DNA from: Gemmatimonadaceae bacterium
GTDB taxonomy: Bacteria; Gemmatimonadota; Gemmatimonadetes; Gemmatimonadales; Gemmatimonadaceae
Assembly (NCBI GenBank): GCA_041486565.1
Contig: JBGPLS010000001.1
Coordinates: forward strand, 412-64,411
Length of the DNA stretch: 64,000 nt
Reading direction: 5' to 3'
Shown: positions 1 to 10,912 of the stretch, in pieces
Numbering within the stretch: the stretch's first letter is position 1
Layout of the letters: every line of letters starts with the position of its first letter
The notes under the pieces: model-generated
Seen by the model: only the letters and a program-made list of their open reading frames with translations
What the model was told of the DNA's origin: nothing
Databases searched by the model: none
Position numbers and translations under genes: made by a program

Positions 1-39
1 TTATAGGTGCGAAACAGACGGTCAACGTCGCTCAAATGG

Positions 40-2268
40 TCACCATTTCGATTGCACGTCCCTTAGCTCTGCATCGCTCAATGACTCAGCACCTTCTGAT
101 GAGATCTCGACTGCTATCGAGCGCCCGGCGACGATCACCCTTTCACCCAGTGTCAGCGGCTCGCGCATCTCAGGCAACAATTCCAGAAGCCTGAAGTAGG
201 CTGCGGAATAAGCCCGCACCCTTACTCTCCGCATAGAACCGGTTAGACGCGTGTCGGTCCACACGCTGTCCCGCAACACGAACAGCCTATCTCCGGAGCG
301 ACGCAGAACACCTCCGCTTGTAGACACCCCAGACGCCATGTCTGCGGCCGAGAGGGTTGTCGCCGAGCGCTGCGCGGCTGATGCGCGCGCAGCTTCGAAG
401 GACTTTACGTTCTCGCTCATTTTCTCTCCGCCGGCCATGGCCCCGGTTACAACGACCTCACTGAGCTGCATCGGGACTGGCCTTCCATCTGGTGTATATC
501 CGATTCGGCGCCGGGGATCCATTCCTGGCTCGAGCACCAGATACGACGAGAATTCCGTCGGAATTCCGTACCGCTCTCCAAGCTCTCGGATCTCGTTATC
601 CACTTCGTTGGATCCACCATGGCGTCGCTTCTCCGCGCTCAGGTATCCAATCCGCTGCGTCGCCCACAGGCGGGCGATGAATGAATTCTCGCGTGAGCTC
701 TCCGGAAACACCACACGAGTGCTCCACTCGACGGGCCCACTGGCTGTTCTACCCTCGAAATGCAGCCTGGTTGACCCGCCGTGGTCATACCGCGTGAGCA
801 TGACGAAATCCTGCCCGGCGAAAATGTCGGACGGCTGAGATGGATGAGTCTGCAGCAGACGCACGCCGTCGGCGTAGACCCTCATGTCGGTTACAACCGG
901 ACTCATGAGCCGGCTCGCCATAACGGATACGGCGCGTTCCACTGATTCATCTGGCCGCACGAAGTGAGCGGTGCCACGACCTTCAAGCGCGAGTCTCTCG
1001 ATGAGCGCCGCATTGAGATCTGCGCCGACGCCGAACGAAAAGATTCTCCGCGATCCCCTGAGCTCGGCTACACGGGCAGCGATCGTTTCAGGATTCCGCT
1101 CTCCTACAGTTGCCTCACCGTCGGTAACGAACAGCACGAGACCCAACCGCCCCGAAGCAACTGGTGGCCTGAGCGACTCCTCCAGGGCACCGGAGATATT
1201 GGTCGATCCCGAAGCATCAAGGCTCTCGAGGTAGCGCGACGCAGCTCTGACATTCTCGGCCGTAGCGTTCACGAAGTCGTCGCGGAATGTCCGCACGTCA
1301 GTGGAGAAATCCACCAGGCGGAATCTGTCGGCGGGTCTAAAGGTCGCGAGCAGTTGCTTTCCGGCTGCCCGGGCCTGCTCGATCTTCACGCCGCTCATCG
1401 ACCCGGAGACATCGAGCACGAGAGTTACGTCGCGATCGGTATAGCGAGGTGTAACCGCCGGTGGCGACAGCGTGACCAGCGCGAATCCGTTCTCGCAGGC
1501 GGGCGCATAGGCCAGCATCGAGATCGCTGGCTCCACGGACCGGCGCATTGGAACGAGCAGCGTTATCTCGCGCCCGTCGCCGTTGACAGTCACCTCGCGT
1601 CTCGATCCCGATCGGATCGTCGTCAGCGAATGAGTGGGCGAGTACGCGTTCCCGTAAACAGCATCTGTCGGATACGTCAGCGTGAACGAGGTTCTGCCCT
1701 CTGGATTGCCCTGCCTGAGCTCGGGGCTTGGTCTCGTCCCACGAAAATAATCAATTCGCAGAGCGTCTCCTTCGCGCTCGGCCACGGACTGGAACCGCAC
1801 CACGACCTTTTTCTCTTCCCCTGGCGCGATGGGAAAGATTCGCGCGCGGAGAAGTCCGTATCCCATCCACTCGACGAGCGCCGGGTCCCGCCGCTGTCTG
1901 ACGATCTGCTCGTAGATCTGTCGTGCCTGGATAGCGTTCATTGTTTCGCCGGAAACCAGCTCTCCGTTGATCGACAGCTTGAGATCCTGAAATGCGGCGC
2001 CCTTGGGCAACGGAAACAGATAGTCGGCTTCACCAATGCCGGATCCCCGATTCACGAAGGTCTCGCTGACCTCGTAGCGCAGCACACCGTTGATGAGCTC
2101 CACGTGGACGTCGCTCGACTGTCGTACTACGGTCGGCACACGCGGATCGCATCTGAAACACGGGCCGTCCGGCGGACACGGCCGGATGATGCATGGACGG
2201 GGAATCACCCAGCCCTGCGCAGCGACAATGGTGGGAACCAGAAACACGATCAGGAAGAGCTTGCGCAT
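40..2268 (-). CDS. Secreted VIT + vWA domain protein (inter-alpha-trypsin inhibitor-like)
   Basis: Signal peptide; VIT-like segment (EADYLFPLPKGAA...ARIFPIAPGEEKKVVVRF); vWA MIDAS DVSGSMSG and TDG motifs. Confidence 0.88.
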   Translation of the reverse strand: MRKLFLIVFLVPTIVAAQGWVIPRPCIIRPCPPDGPCFRCDPRVPTVVRQSSDVHVELINGVLRYEVSETFVNRGSGIGEADYLFPLPKGAAFQDLKLSINGELVSGETMNAIQARQIYEQIVRQRRDPALVEWMGYGLLRARIFPIAPGEEKKVVVRFQSVAEREGDALRIDYFRGTRPSPELRQGNPEGRTSFTLTYPTDAVYGNAYSPTHSLTTIRSGSRREVTVNGDGREITLLVPMRRSVEPAISMLAYAPACENGFALVTLSPPAVTPRYTDRDVTLVLDVSGSMSGVKIEQARAAGKQLLATFRPADRFRLVDFSTDVRTFRDDFVNATAENVRAASRYLESLDASGSTNISGALEESLRPPVASGRLGLVLFVTDGEATVGERNPETIAARVAELRGSRRIFSFGVGADLNAALIERLALEGRGTAHFVRPDESVERAVSVMASRLMSPVVTDMRVYADGVRLLQTHPSQPSDIFAGQDFVMLTRYDHGGSTRLHFEGRTASGPVEWSTRVVFPESSRENSFIARLWATQRIGYLSAEKRRHGGSNEVDNEIRELGERYGIPTEFSSYLVLEPGMDPRRRIGYTPDGRPVPMQLSEVVVTGAMAGGEKMSENVKSFEAARASAAQRSATTLSAADMASGVSTSGGVLRRSGDRLFVLRDSVWTDTRLTGSMRRVRVRAYSAAYFRLLELLPEMREPLTLGERVIVAGRSIAVEISSEGAESLSDAELRDVQSKW

Positions 2269-2375
2269 CGGGGCCTCGGGAATGGGCTGCTTTCCCGTAT
2301 GACGCCAGCGACTCGCAGTCTTGCACAGTATGCTGCTGGAACGGCAGTTCTACGTTTATCCCAGCTCGCCCGCGC

Positions 2376-3329
2376 TCAATTGAGCGATGAATCTCCAGCC
2401 TTGGGGCGATTCGCGTCGGGTGGAGTGCGCCGCGTGTAGCTTCCCGGACGTTTAACGACACGAACGTCTATCAGCACGCTGTCCGCCCGGTTGACCGTAT
2501 CCTCGAAACGCTCACCGTCCTGCCTCGCGGCCCATCCCATGGTGAAAGACACAGGAGCTGTGTCAGTTGCCGCAGCCTGCAAGCGACGGACTACCCGCTC
2601 GGTGTCCTCGAGCGTTGTGTTCGCGAGGATAATCAGGAACTCGTCGCCACCCATTCGAATCACCGGTTCTTCCGCGCGCACGTAGCGCATGAGAAACCGG
2701 CTCATTCTCAGCAGAGCCCAGTCGCCTGCCGCGTGGCCGTAGACGTCATTATAGTGCTTGAAGTTGTCGATGTCCGCATAGATGCATCCCCAGATCTCCC
2801 CGGGCGCTCGCTTTCGGGCGTAGAGATCCATGAGCTGCCGGCGGTTGTAGCAGCCGGTGAGAGGATCGCGAATACTCTGCTCGCGCAGCAGTGTCTCGAG
2901 ATTCTTGCGCTCTGTGATGTCAACCAAAATGCCGTGGAAGAGAGTCTCACCTGTTGCTGGATCCTCCTGGCTGTACCAGGTATCGAGAACCGTTCGTGTC
3001 ACGCCGTCCAGCCGTCTGATCTGAAGCTCACGGTTGCGGAGAGAGCCTTCCCGTTCCAGCAATGCGATTTCGCGCTGGCGGATATCGTCGTCAACGAAGT
3101 CGCTCACGCGGTAGCGATTCATCTCCTTCATGTTGGGCATCCCGAATATCTCGAGAAACGCGGGGTTCGCGTCGAGAATCTCCCCCGTCTCATTCGTGAT
3201 GTAGATCCCTTCCTGCAGATTCTGGACAAACGTAGAGAGCGTCCCGGGGTCGCCCAGGCGCCGCAGGGCATTCCCTGATTTTTGCTCCTTCTTGCTCGCC
3301 GACGGGTGGTCTTTTCGCGGCATATGCAT
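2376..3329 (-). CDS. PAS-domain diguanylate cyclase
   Basis: PAS (ILDANPAFLEIFG...DITERK), DPLTG, DIDNFKHYNDVYGH, RMGGDEF; start ATG 3329 or 3323 preferred over the GTG in the ORF track. Confidence 0.92.
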   Translation of the reverse strand: MHMPRKDHPSASKKEQKSGNALRRLGDPGTLSTFVQNLQEGIYITNETGEILDANPAFLEIFGMPNMKEMNRYRVSDFVDDDIRQREIALLEREGSLRNRELQIRRLDGVTRTVLDTWYSQEDPATGETLFHGILVDITERKNLETLLREQSIRDPLTGCYNRRQLMDLYARKRAPGEIWGCIYADIDNFKHYNDVYGHAAGDWALLRMSRFLMRYVRAEEPVIRMGGDEFLIILANTTLEDTERVVRRLQAAATDTAPVSFTMGWAARQDGERFEDTVNRADSVLIDVRVVKRPGSYTRRTPPDANRPKAGDSSLN

Positions 3330-3419
3330 TGCCCTGTAGGAGCACAATCCAATCAGCGCTCTAATGTATGCGACAATGCCGGACGAAGTAACACATGTAG
3401 GAGGGCGCCCTATTGCATT

Positions 3420-3562
3420 CGCAGTTAGTCCGCAGTCAGTCCGCAGTTAGTCCGCAGCTAGTCCGCAGTCAGTCCGCAGTCAGTCCGCAGTCAGTCCGCA
3501 GTCAGTCCGCAGTCCGCAGTTAGTCCGCAGTCCGTAGTGGTAGTTGGTCCGCAGTCCGCAGC
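3420..3562. repeat. Tandem array of 11-bp unit YAGTCCGCAGT with 7-bp CCGCAGT subunits
   Basis: Eight consecutive 11-mers at 3426-3513, then degenerate 7- and 11-bp copies to 3562. Confidence 0.95.
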
Positions 3563-3612
3563 AGCTTTGCCGCCATGAAACACCACCACTGAAAGGCTAG
3601 ATTCAAACCTCC

Positions 3613-4605
3613 ATGACCGAGCACCCTGAAACCACGCCCGTGAGTCTGGCGACCGCCGGTATTCACCATGTGACAGCCATAGCGAGCGACCCGCAGCGCA
3701 ATCTTGATTTCTACGCCGGCGTGCTCGGAATGCGCATGGTGAAGCGCACCGTCAACTTCGACGACCCGACCACGTACCACTTCTATTTCGGTGACGCCAG
3801 CGGAACGCCCGGAAGCATTATCACGTTTTTTCCTTGGCCCGATGCCCGTCGCGGGCGGCAGGGCGCGGGACAGATCGCCGTAACGTCATTTGCGATTCTG
3901 CCGAGCTCGGTGGGTTTCTGGATCGAGCGTTTCATCAGGTACCATGTTGATTTCAGCCAGCCCACTTCGCGCTTCGACGAGCGGGTCATCGCATTCAAGG
4001 ATCCCGACGGATTCATGGGGGAGCTCGTCGCTCATCCGGGTGCGGAATCACATTCCGGATGGGAAACAGCCGCTGTCCCGGCTGACCATTCTATTCGCGG
4101 CATCTATTCGATCACGGTCTGGCAGGAGAGCTGCGACCTCACCGGCAAGCTGCTCACGGAGACTCTTGGCTTCCACGCAGTACGCGAGCAGGGAAGCATC
4201 TTTCGCTACGCTGCCGGGGGCCAGCGATCAGGAGCCATCGTCGACCTGAGATGCGTTCCTGGACTGTGGCCCGGAGTGATGGGCGCCGGCACCATTCATC
4301 ACGTTGCATTCCGCGCCCATGATGACGCTGCACAGGCGAAACTCAGGACCGCACTCGTCGAGCTCGGGTTCAATGTGACCCCGCAGATCAACCGCGACTA
4401 TTTCCACTCCGTGTACTTCCGCGAGCCCGGTGGCGTGCTGTTCGAGATCGCCACGGATCCACCGGGTTTTACCGTCGATGAGCCGTTCGAATCACTCGGC
4501 CAGGCGCTCAAGCTTCCTGAATGGCTCGAATCCCGGCGATTCGAGATAGAGGCGCTCCTGCCGAATGTCAGGGTGCCAATGGAGTTGCACGGCCCCAATG
4601 CCTGA
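3613..4605 (+). CDS. Ring-cleaving dioxygenase (VOC/glyoxalase, MhqO-like)
   Basis: GIHHVTAIA, KRTVNFDDP.TYHFYFGD, HHVAFR, YFREPGGVLFEIATD motifs. Confidence 0.92.
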   Translation: MTEHPETTPVSLATAGIHHVTAIASDPQRNLDFYAGVLGMRMVKRTVNFDDPTTYHFYFGDASGTPGSIITFFPWPDARRGRQGAGQIAVTSFAILPSSVGFWIERFIRYHVDFSQPTSRFDERVIAFKDPDGFMGELVAHPGAESHSGWETAAVPADHSIRGIYSITVWQESCDLTGKLLTETLGFHAVREQGSIFRYAAGGQRSGAIVDLRCVPGLWPGVMGAGTIHHVAFRAHDDAAQAKLRTALVELGFNVTPQINRDYFHSVYFREPGGVLFEIATDPPGFTVDEPFESLGQALKLPEWLESRRFEIEALLPNVRVPMELHGPNA

Positions 4606-4669
4606 CCCAGGGAGCGGCTAGCTTCCTGATTGATATTACGACACACTCAATCGCGACAGCCCGCCGACA

Positions 4670-6673
4670 ATGACCGATAACCAGTCACTCGTCCAACTTT
4701 CCATCAACGCCATTCGCGTGCTTTCGATGGACGCCGTCCAGAAGGCTGATTCCGGCCATCCCGGTACACCCATGGCGCTGGCGCCGCTCGCTTACGTTCT
4801 CTGGAGCCGACACCTCCGCTACAACCCCGCTGACCCGAACTGGCTCGACCGCGATCGATTCGTTCTCTCGGCAGGCCATGCTTCGATGCTGCTCTACAGC
4901 GTTCTCTATCTCACCGGATATGACCTGACACTGGACGACATCAAGCAATTCAGACAATGGGAGAGCAAGACGCCGGGACATCCCGAGTATCACTACACGC
5001 CGGGCGTCGAGACAACCACCGGACCGTTGGGACAGGGATTCGGAAACTCAGTGGGAATGGCGGTTAGCGAGGCTCTGCTCGGCTCGCTCTTCAACCGGGA
5101 GGGCCATGAGATCATCAATCATCACACCTGGTTCATCGCCAGCGACGGCGACATGATGGAAGGCGTCTCCCATGAGTCCGCGTCATTTGCCGGTCACGCG
5201 CAACTTGGAAAGATCATCGGCTTCTACGACGACAACCACATCACCATCGAGGGCAACACCAGCCTCACCTTCAGCGACGACACCTGCAAGCGCTTCGAGA
5301 GTTATCACTGGCATATACAGCGTGTGGACGACGCAAATGATCTCGAAGCACTCGACGCGGCTATCGTTGCCGCGAAGGCCGAAGGTAGACGGCCATCGCT
5401 CATCGTCGTCCGCTCCCATATCGGATATGGCAGCCCACACAAGCACGACACTGCTGAGGCCCATGGTTCGCCGCTCGGTGAAGAGGAGGTGAAGCTCACC
5501 AAGCAGGCGCTGGGATATCCGTCACTGGAGCCCTTCTACGTCGCACCGGAAGCGCTGAATCACTGGAGAGACCTCGGCGCTCGCGGAATCGCCGTCCAGG
5601 CCGAATGGCAGCAGCGTTACGACACCTACAAGGCAGCGCATCCCGATGCCGCCGCCGAGTTGGAAAGGCGGTTGCGCGGAGATCTTCTCGACAGTTGGGA
5701 AGAGTTGATCCCAACTTTCACTAGTGAGAACGGTAACATCGCCAGCAGGGCAGCATCGGGAATAGTGATCAACGCCATCGCACCCAGGGTCCCCGAACTG
5801 GTTGGCGGCTCGGCTGACCTCGCTTCGTCGACGAATACAATCGTGAAGGACGCGCCAAGCTTCGGCCCTGACGACCACAGCGGACGCAACTTCCACTTCG
5901 GGATTCGCGAACATGGAATGGGCTCGATAATGAATGGCATGTTTCTCCACGGAGGAGTCATCCCGTATGGCGCGACGTTTCTGATCTTTTCTGATTACAT
6001 GCGCCCGCCCATCCGACTCGCGGCGATCATGAAGCTCCACGTAGTGTACGTTTACACTCACGATTCAATCGGGCTGGGGGAGGATGGTCCAACTCACCAG
6101 CCCATCGAGCAGCTTAGCGCGCTGCGTGCCATTCCGACGATGACGGTCATCCGGCCTGCTGATGCGTCAGAGACGGCAGAGGCCTGGCGTGTCACCCTCA
6201 AGCATAAGACTGGCCCGGTCGCGCTTGTCCTCACCCGGCAGAAGCTCGGCTTTATCGATCGGACAAGATACGCGCCTGCCGGCGGTCTGGCGCATGGTGC
6301 TTACATCCTCGCTGATTCTCCGGGAGGAATGCCCCAGATAGTTCTCATGTCCAGCGGATCAGAGGTTGCACTCATCCTCGAAGCCCAGCAACGACTGCAA
6401 AAGGAAGGAATTCGCGCTCGTACCGTGAGCATGCCCAGCCACGAGTTGTTCGAAAGGGAGACCACCGAATACCGGGAGAGCGTGTTGCCCCCTGGAGTGA
6501 AGCGCATTGCGATCGAAGCAGCCCACCCGATGTCCTGGTATCGGTGGGTGGGGTCGGACGGGGTGATTCTCGGGCTCGAGCGCTTCGGCGCATCCGCCCC
6601 GTACAAGGAGATCTACGAGCATCTCGGACTCACAGTGGACAAGCTCGTCGACACGGCGAAGCAGCTCGTCTAG
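4670..6673 (+). CDS. tkt: Transketolase
   Basis: [39 protein letters not shown]. Confidence 0.98.
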   Translation: MTDNQSLVQLSINAIRVLSMDAVQKADSGHPGTPMALAPLAYVLWSRHLRYNPADPNWLDRDRFVLSAGHASMLLYSVLYLTGYDLTLDDIKQFRQWESKTPGHPEYHYTPGVETTTGPLGQGFGNSVGMAVSEALLGSLFNREGHEIINHHTWFIASDGDMMEGVSHESASFAGHAQLGKIIGFYDDNHITIEGNTSLTFSDDTCKRFESYHWHIQRVDDANDLEALDAAIVAAKAEGRRPSLIVVRSHIGYGSPHKHDTAEAHGSPLGEEEVKLTKQALGYPSLEPFYVAPEALNHWRDLGARGIAVQAEWQQRYDTYKAAHPDAAAELERRLRGDLLDSWEELIPTFTSENGNIASRAASGIVINAIAPRVPELVGGSADLASSTNTIVKDAPSFGPDDHSGRNFHFGIREHGMGSIMNGMFLHGGVIPYGATFLIFSDYMRPPIRLAAIMKLHVVYVYTHDSIGLGEDGPTHQPIEQLSALRAIPTMTVIRPADASETAEAWRVTLKHKTGPVALVLTRQKLGFIDRTRYAPAGGLAHGAYILADSPGGMPQIVLMSSGSEVALILEAQQRLQKEGIRARTVSMPSHELFERETTEYRESVLPPGVKRIAIEAAHPMSWYRWVGSDGVILGLERFGASAPYKEIYEHLGLTVDKLVDTAKQLV

Positions 6674-6676
6674 CTC

Positions 6677-7306
6677 GTGAGACTTCGCGATATCAGCATC
6701 ACGCTCGCCACCGGGACACCAGAATGGCCCGGCGACACTCCCTACTCTTGCGGATGGACCGGGAGGCTGACACAGGGATCAAGCGTTAACGTTTCCGCGT
6801 ACACCACGAGTCCTCACGTCGGCACACACGCCGACGCACCGCTTCATGTCCGTGACGGTTGGTCCGGCTCACATGAGCTCCCACTGGAAGCATTTTACGG
6901 GCGTGCGCTGGTCGTTGACATGACCGATGCCGCGGGAGAGATAGAGGTTACGACCATCGACGCAGCAATTGGTAACGGAAGGGTCGAGCGGCTTCTTCTC
7001 AGGACTGGAAACACGATCGGATCGGGCAGTTTCCCCCAATCGTGGCCCGCACTCTCCGAGGCTTGTGCTCGTATGTTGCTCGGCCGCGGGCTTCGCTTGC
7101 TTGGGGTGGATGCGCCATCGGTTGACGAGAGGCACAGTAAAACCCTTCCGGTTCACAAGATGATCTTCTCCGGTAACGGCTGTATCCTGGAGAATCTCGA
7201 TCTGCGCCGCATTCCACCGGGTCCCTACGAGCTGATCGCTTTCCCAATCAAGATCATGTCTCTCGACGCAGCACCGGTAAGGGCGATTCTGAAGGACATC
7301 GAGTAG
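6677..7306 (+). CDS. Cyclase family protein / kynurenine formamidase (KynB-like)
   Basis: HVGTHADAPLH motif, GVDAPSVD, ILENLDL, DAAPVRA. Confidence 0.88.
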   Translation: MRLRDISITLATGTPEWPGDTPYSCGWTGRLTQGSSVNVSAYTTSPHVGTHADAPLHVRDGWSGSHELPLEAFYGRALVVDMTDAAGEIEVTTIDAAIGNGRVERLLLRTGNTIGSGSFPQSWPALSEACARMLLGRGLRLLGVDAPSVDERHSKTLPVHKMIFSGNGCILENLDLRRIPPGPYELIAFPIKIMSLDAAPVRAILKDIE

Positions 7307-7312
7307 ACACTC

Positions 7313-7639
7313 TTACCGTCTCACTCCGCGAAGACCTCTCCGCAGCCACTCCGTCAGCTCTGGATCATCCGCGATCACATCAGCTGACACGACTACCCAG
7401 GTGCTCATTGGCCTCTCACCACCCGGAGCAAATGGTGTGACCCCGGGCTCGGCCAGGCAGCCTGCGTACTCGGTCGGTGCAGTCTTCACAATGATATCCG
7501 AGTCCCACGCAATTACGAACGCCGACTTCCCGTCCATGAACCCGCGCCCACCGAAGACGTTCTTCTGCCTCACGCTGCGCTCTCCGATCTGCGCCAGGCC
7601 GTCCTCGATGCGCGCTACTAGTCCGTGATCATAGGCCAT
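7313..7639 (-). CDS. TfoX/Sxy N-terminal domain protein
   Basis: MAYD..L..RI, K.vFGG.GF, RPMSTWVVV, L.EWL pattern. Confidence 0.8.
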   Translation of the reverse strand: MAYDHGLVARIEDGLAQIGERSVRQKNVFGGRGFMDGKSAFVIAWDSDIIVKTAPTEYAGCLAEPGVTPFAPGGERPMSTWVVVSADVIADDPELTEWLRRGLRGVRR

Positions 7640-7668
7640 CGCCGATTCCGATTACACTCCACGATGTC

Positions 7669-9216
7669 CTACCACCGTGACGACGACCGCCGTCGGGGAG
7701 AGCCGAGTAATGCGCCCATGATTCCGCGAGTTACCGCGCCCGCCACGGTCCGAGTGACAGGCGATTTCATGATCTGCTCGAAGGTGCTCGGCACTTGCTT
7801 CCCGGTACGAGCCGCAGGCTGCGCAGGAGCAGGTGCCGGGCTCCATTGCTTTTCTGATTCCGCCTGAGACGGCTGCGGCGTTATCCGTGCTGCCAGGCGC
7901 TCGCGTGCGCTCTCCCGATCGACAGCCTGAGCGTACTTGTTTGCCTGCGGTGAGCTTGCGACCCGCTGAGTCAGCTCGGCCTCCGGCAAGGGTGACATGC
8001 TCGATGCCGGAGGGATGAGTCGCGTCGCAAAGGGCGGCGTCGGTACTCCTCGCGGCGACAGCACCGTGACAAAGGCTTCTCCGATTCCGAGCGTCGTCAA
8101 CGTCTCCTCGACATCGTAGAAGGGTGTCTTCGGGAATGTTCTCGCCGCGGCCTTGAGCGCTTTGTCATCGTCAGGAGTGAATGCGCGCAGTGCATGTTGG
8201 ACACGGTGGCCGAGCTGGGCCAGCACAGACTCGTGAATGTCCTTCGGACTCTGCGTAATGAAGAACACGCCTACACCCTTGGACCGGATCAGGCGCACGA
8301 CCTGCTGTATCTGATCGAGCAGCGCCTTGCTCGCCCCGTCGAAGATCAGATGGGCTTCGTCGAAGAAGAACACGAGCTTGGGCCTGTCGATGTCGCCTAC
8401 TTCCGGTAGCTGGTGGTAGAGAGTGGCCAGCATCCACAGCATGAAGGTGCTGAAAAGATCCGGCTTGTCCTGAATGTCCTCCAGCTCGAGGATGTTTATC
8501 AGCCCGCGCCCGTCTCGCATCTGCATCAGGTCGTGAATGGCGAACTCCGGCTCGCCGAAGAACGTCTCGGCACCCTGTTGCTCCAGCTGTACCATGTCGC
8601 GTAGCAGCACTCCCACTGTCGCCGCCGACATCCCGCCGTATGACTTGAGTTCTGCTTCTCCGTCGCCGGTGAGATACTCGAGGACGGAGCGCAGATCCGA
8701 GAAGTCGAGCAGCAGGAGTCCCTTGTCGTCGCAGAACTTGAATACCAGCGACAGCACGCTCGACTGCGTGTCGTTGAGTCCCAGCACTTTGGAAAGAAGA
8801 AGTGGTCCGAATGACGACACTGTGGCCCGGAGCTGGGCTCCCTTCGTGCCTGACAGGCTCAGGAATTCGACGGGAAAGGCCGACGGTTTCCATTCGTAGC
8901 CTGTCTCCTTGGCTCTCGCTGTAACACGGTCGCTGGAAGGGCCGGGAGCGCCAAGCCCCGAGATGTCTCCCTTGATGTCAGCGACGAATACCGGCACGCC
9001 AGCCTGGGACAGCTGCTCCGCTATCAGTTGTAGCGTGCGCGTTTTTCCGGTTCCTGTAGCTCCTGCAATCAGGCCGTGACGGTTCATCATTGCGATCGGA
9101 ATGCTCACGATCGGCTCGGGAACGCACTCACCGTCGTGTACGATTGCCCCGAGCGTGACTGCGTTGGTGGCAGGGGGAAATGCGGCATGTGCCGCGTCCA
9201 GAACTTTCTTGTCCAT
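7669..9216 (-). CDS. DUF853 HerA-like ATPase (YjgR family)
   Basis: NRHGLIAGATGTGKT Walker A, KLVFFFDEAHL, RLIRSKGVG, QHALRAFTP. Confidence 0.93.
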   Translation of the reverse strand: MDKKVLDAAHAAFPPATNAVTLGAIVHDGECVPEPIVSIPIAMMNRHGLIAGATGTGKTRTLQLIAEQLSQAGVPVFVADIKGDISGLGAPGPSSDRVTARAKETGYEWKPSAFPVEFLSLSGTKGAQLRATVSSFGPLLLSKVLGLNDTQSSVLSLVFKFCDDKGLLLLDFSDLRSVLEYLTGDGEAELKSYGGMSAATVGVLLRDMVQLEQQGAETFFGEPEFAIHDLMQMRDGRGLINILELEDIQDKPDLFSTFMLWMLATLYHQLPEVGDIDRPKLVFFFDEAHLIFDGASKALLDQIQQVVRLIRSKGVGVFFITQSPKDIHESVLAQLGHRVQHALRAFTPDDDKALKAAARTFPKTPFYDVEETLTTLGIGEAFVTVLSPRGVPTPPFATRLIPPASSMSPLPEAELTQRVASSPQANKYAQAVDRESARERLAARITPQPSQAESEKQWSPAPAPAQPAARTGKQVPSTFEQIMKSPVTRTVAGAVTRGIMGALLGSPRRRSSSRW

Positions 9217-9279
9217 CTGTCGTGTGTTTAGTTGTTGTGCCCAGCGTGCGTGACTGGGTCTTCAGGGTAGAGTATCACG

Positions 9280-9295
9280 TGGCATACGCTATGCG
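9280..9295 (+). promoter_or_regulatory. Putative sigma54 -24/-12 promoter
   Basis: TGGCATACGCTATGCG = GG-N10-GC, about 60 bp upstream of ATG 9353. Confidence 0.6.
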
Positions 9296-9352
9296 CCATA
9301 GGGGACGCCAACGTCCGATCGTCTACTGTAAACACACGCAAAATATCAGGAA

Positions 9353-10912
9353 ATGCTAAGCGATTCCGGTCAAACCACCTCGGTCTGGATGGCAACGGAT
9401 GTCCCGGAGCTGCCGACTCTGTCGCACGACATCCGGACCAGTGTTTGCATAGTTGGCGCGGGGCTTGCCGGCATGACCACCGCGTATCTGCTGGCGCGCG
9501 CGGGCCGTGCCGTAGTAGTAATCGACGACGGCGCCATCGGTGGCGGGGAAACAGGGCGAACCACGGCTCACATCACAGCCGCCCTCGATGACATGTACCA
9601 GGAGATCGAGAAGCTTCACGGCGAGGACGGTGCAAGAATAGCCGCGGAAAGTCATACTGCCGCGATCGATAGAATTGAGTCGATCGCCTCGCTGGAGGAT
9701 ATAGACTGCGATTTCGAAAGAGTCGATGGTTACCTCTTTCTCTCGCCCGGAGACGACCGAAATATCCTCCAACGGGAACTTGAAGCCGCCCATCGCGCCG
9801 GATTGTCAGCTGCCGAGATCGTCGATCGCGCGCCCCTCGATTCCTTCAACACCGGTTCAGCCCTCCGCTTTCCCCGCCAGGCGCAGTTCCATTCCCTCAA
9901 ATATCTCAATGGTCTCGCCCGTGCAATCCTCCGCGATGGTGGTCAGCTCTTCTCTGGCGCTCACGCAAAGAGCATCCAGGACGGCGAGCCGGCGAAGGTC
10001 ACGACGAGCGCCGGCCACGTCATCACTGCCGACAGCGTGGTCGTGGCGACCCACTCACCGGTCAACGACTGGGTAATCCTTCATACCAAGCAGGCCGCAT
10101 ATCGCACCTATGTCATCGCCGGAAGGATCCCCCGCGGCTCCGTGCTACATGGCCTCTACTGGGACACTCACGATCCTTATCATTACGTCCGGCTTCAGGA
10201 AGTGGACCCACTGCTCGATCCCGCGCGGACGGAAGAGCTGCTCATCGTCGGCGGGGAGGACCACAAGACGGGTCAGGCTGACGATGCCGACCAGCGATTC
10301 AGGCGTCTCGAGGAATGGACACGCCAGCGTTTCCCAATGATCAGCAATATCGATTTCCGCTGGTCGGGCCAGATTATGGAGCCGGTGGATTACCTGTCGT
10401 TCATCGGGAAAAATCCCGGAAGCGACAAGCACATATTCATCGCCACTGGCGATTCAGGTAATGGCATCACGCACGGCACAATAGCCGGCATGCTTCTCAC
10501 CGACCTCATCCTGGGCCGCAGGAATCCCTGGTCCAAGCTTTACGATCCGTCTCGCATCACCTTTCGCGCTACCGGTGGATTCCTCAAGGAGAATCTGAAT
10601 GTCGCCGGACAGTACACGGACTGGGCGACGTCCGGCGACGTGGATTCCTACGATGAGATCGCGCCCGGCACCGGCGCAGTCATTCGCCGTGGAATGACGA
10701 AGATCGCTGTCTACCGGGATGACCAGGGTAACATCCACGAGCGCTCGGCCGTCTGCACGCACTTGTATTGCATCGTCGACTGGAACGCGGCCGAACGAAC
10801 ATGGGATTGCCCATGTCACGGATCGAGATTCGATCCCTATGGCGCCGTGGTCAATGGACCAGCGATCACTTCACTGCCCGAGGTCAGGTCGGAGGTCCCA
10901 GGGTCACGATAA
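9353..10912 (+). CDS. FAD-dependent oxidoreductase with C-terminal Rieske 2Fe-2S domain (YhfW-like)
   Basis: [17 protein letters not shown]; Rieske ligands CTH...[10 protein letters not shown]. Confidence 0.93.
   Translation: MLSDSGQTTSVWMATDVPELPTLSHDIRTSVCIVGAGLAGMTTAYLLARAGRAVVVIDDGAIGGGETGRTTAHITAALDDMYQEIEKLHGEDGARIAAESHTAAIDRIESIASLEDIDCDFERVDGYLFLSPGDDRNILQRELEAAHRAGLSAAEIVDRAPLDSFNTGSALRFPRQAQFHSLKYLNGLARAILRDGGQLFSGAHAKSIQDGEPAKVTTSAGHVITADSVVVATHSPVNDWVILHTKQAAYRTYVIAGRIPRGSVLHGLYWDTHDPYHYVRLQEVDPLLDPARTEELLIVGGEDHKTGQADDADQRFRRLEEWTRQRFPMISNIDFRWSGQIMEPVDYLSFIGKNPGSDKHIFIATGDSGNGITHGTIAGMLLTDLILGRRNPWSKLYDPSRITFRATGGFLKENLNVAGQYTDWATSGDVDSYDEIAPGTGAVIRRGMTKIAVYRDDQGNIHERSAVCTHLYCIVDWNAAERTWDCPCHGSRFDPYGAVVNGPAITSLPEVRSEVPGSR

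Noticed and set aside
964-2439. 491-aa plus-strand ORF and many similar long antisense ORFs
   Set aside because: They shadow well-supported genes on the opposite strand, have no motifs, and are expected in GC-rich DNA.
3420-3562. CRISPR array or coding repeat (ORF 3520-3780, LRTAD)
   Set aside because: Units are 7-11 bp with no unique spacers and no cas genes; the ORF is antisense to the dioxygenase.
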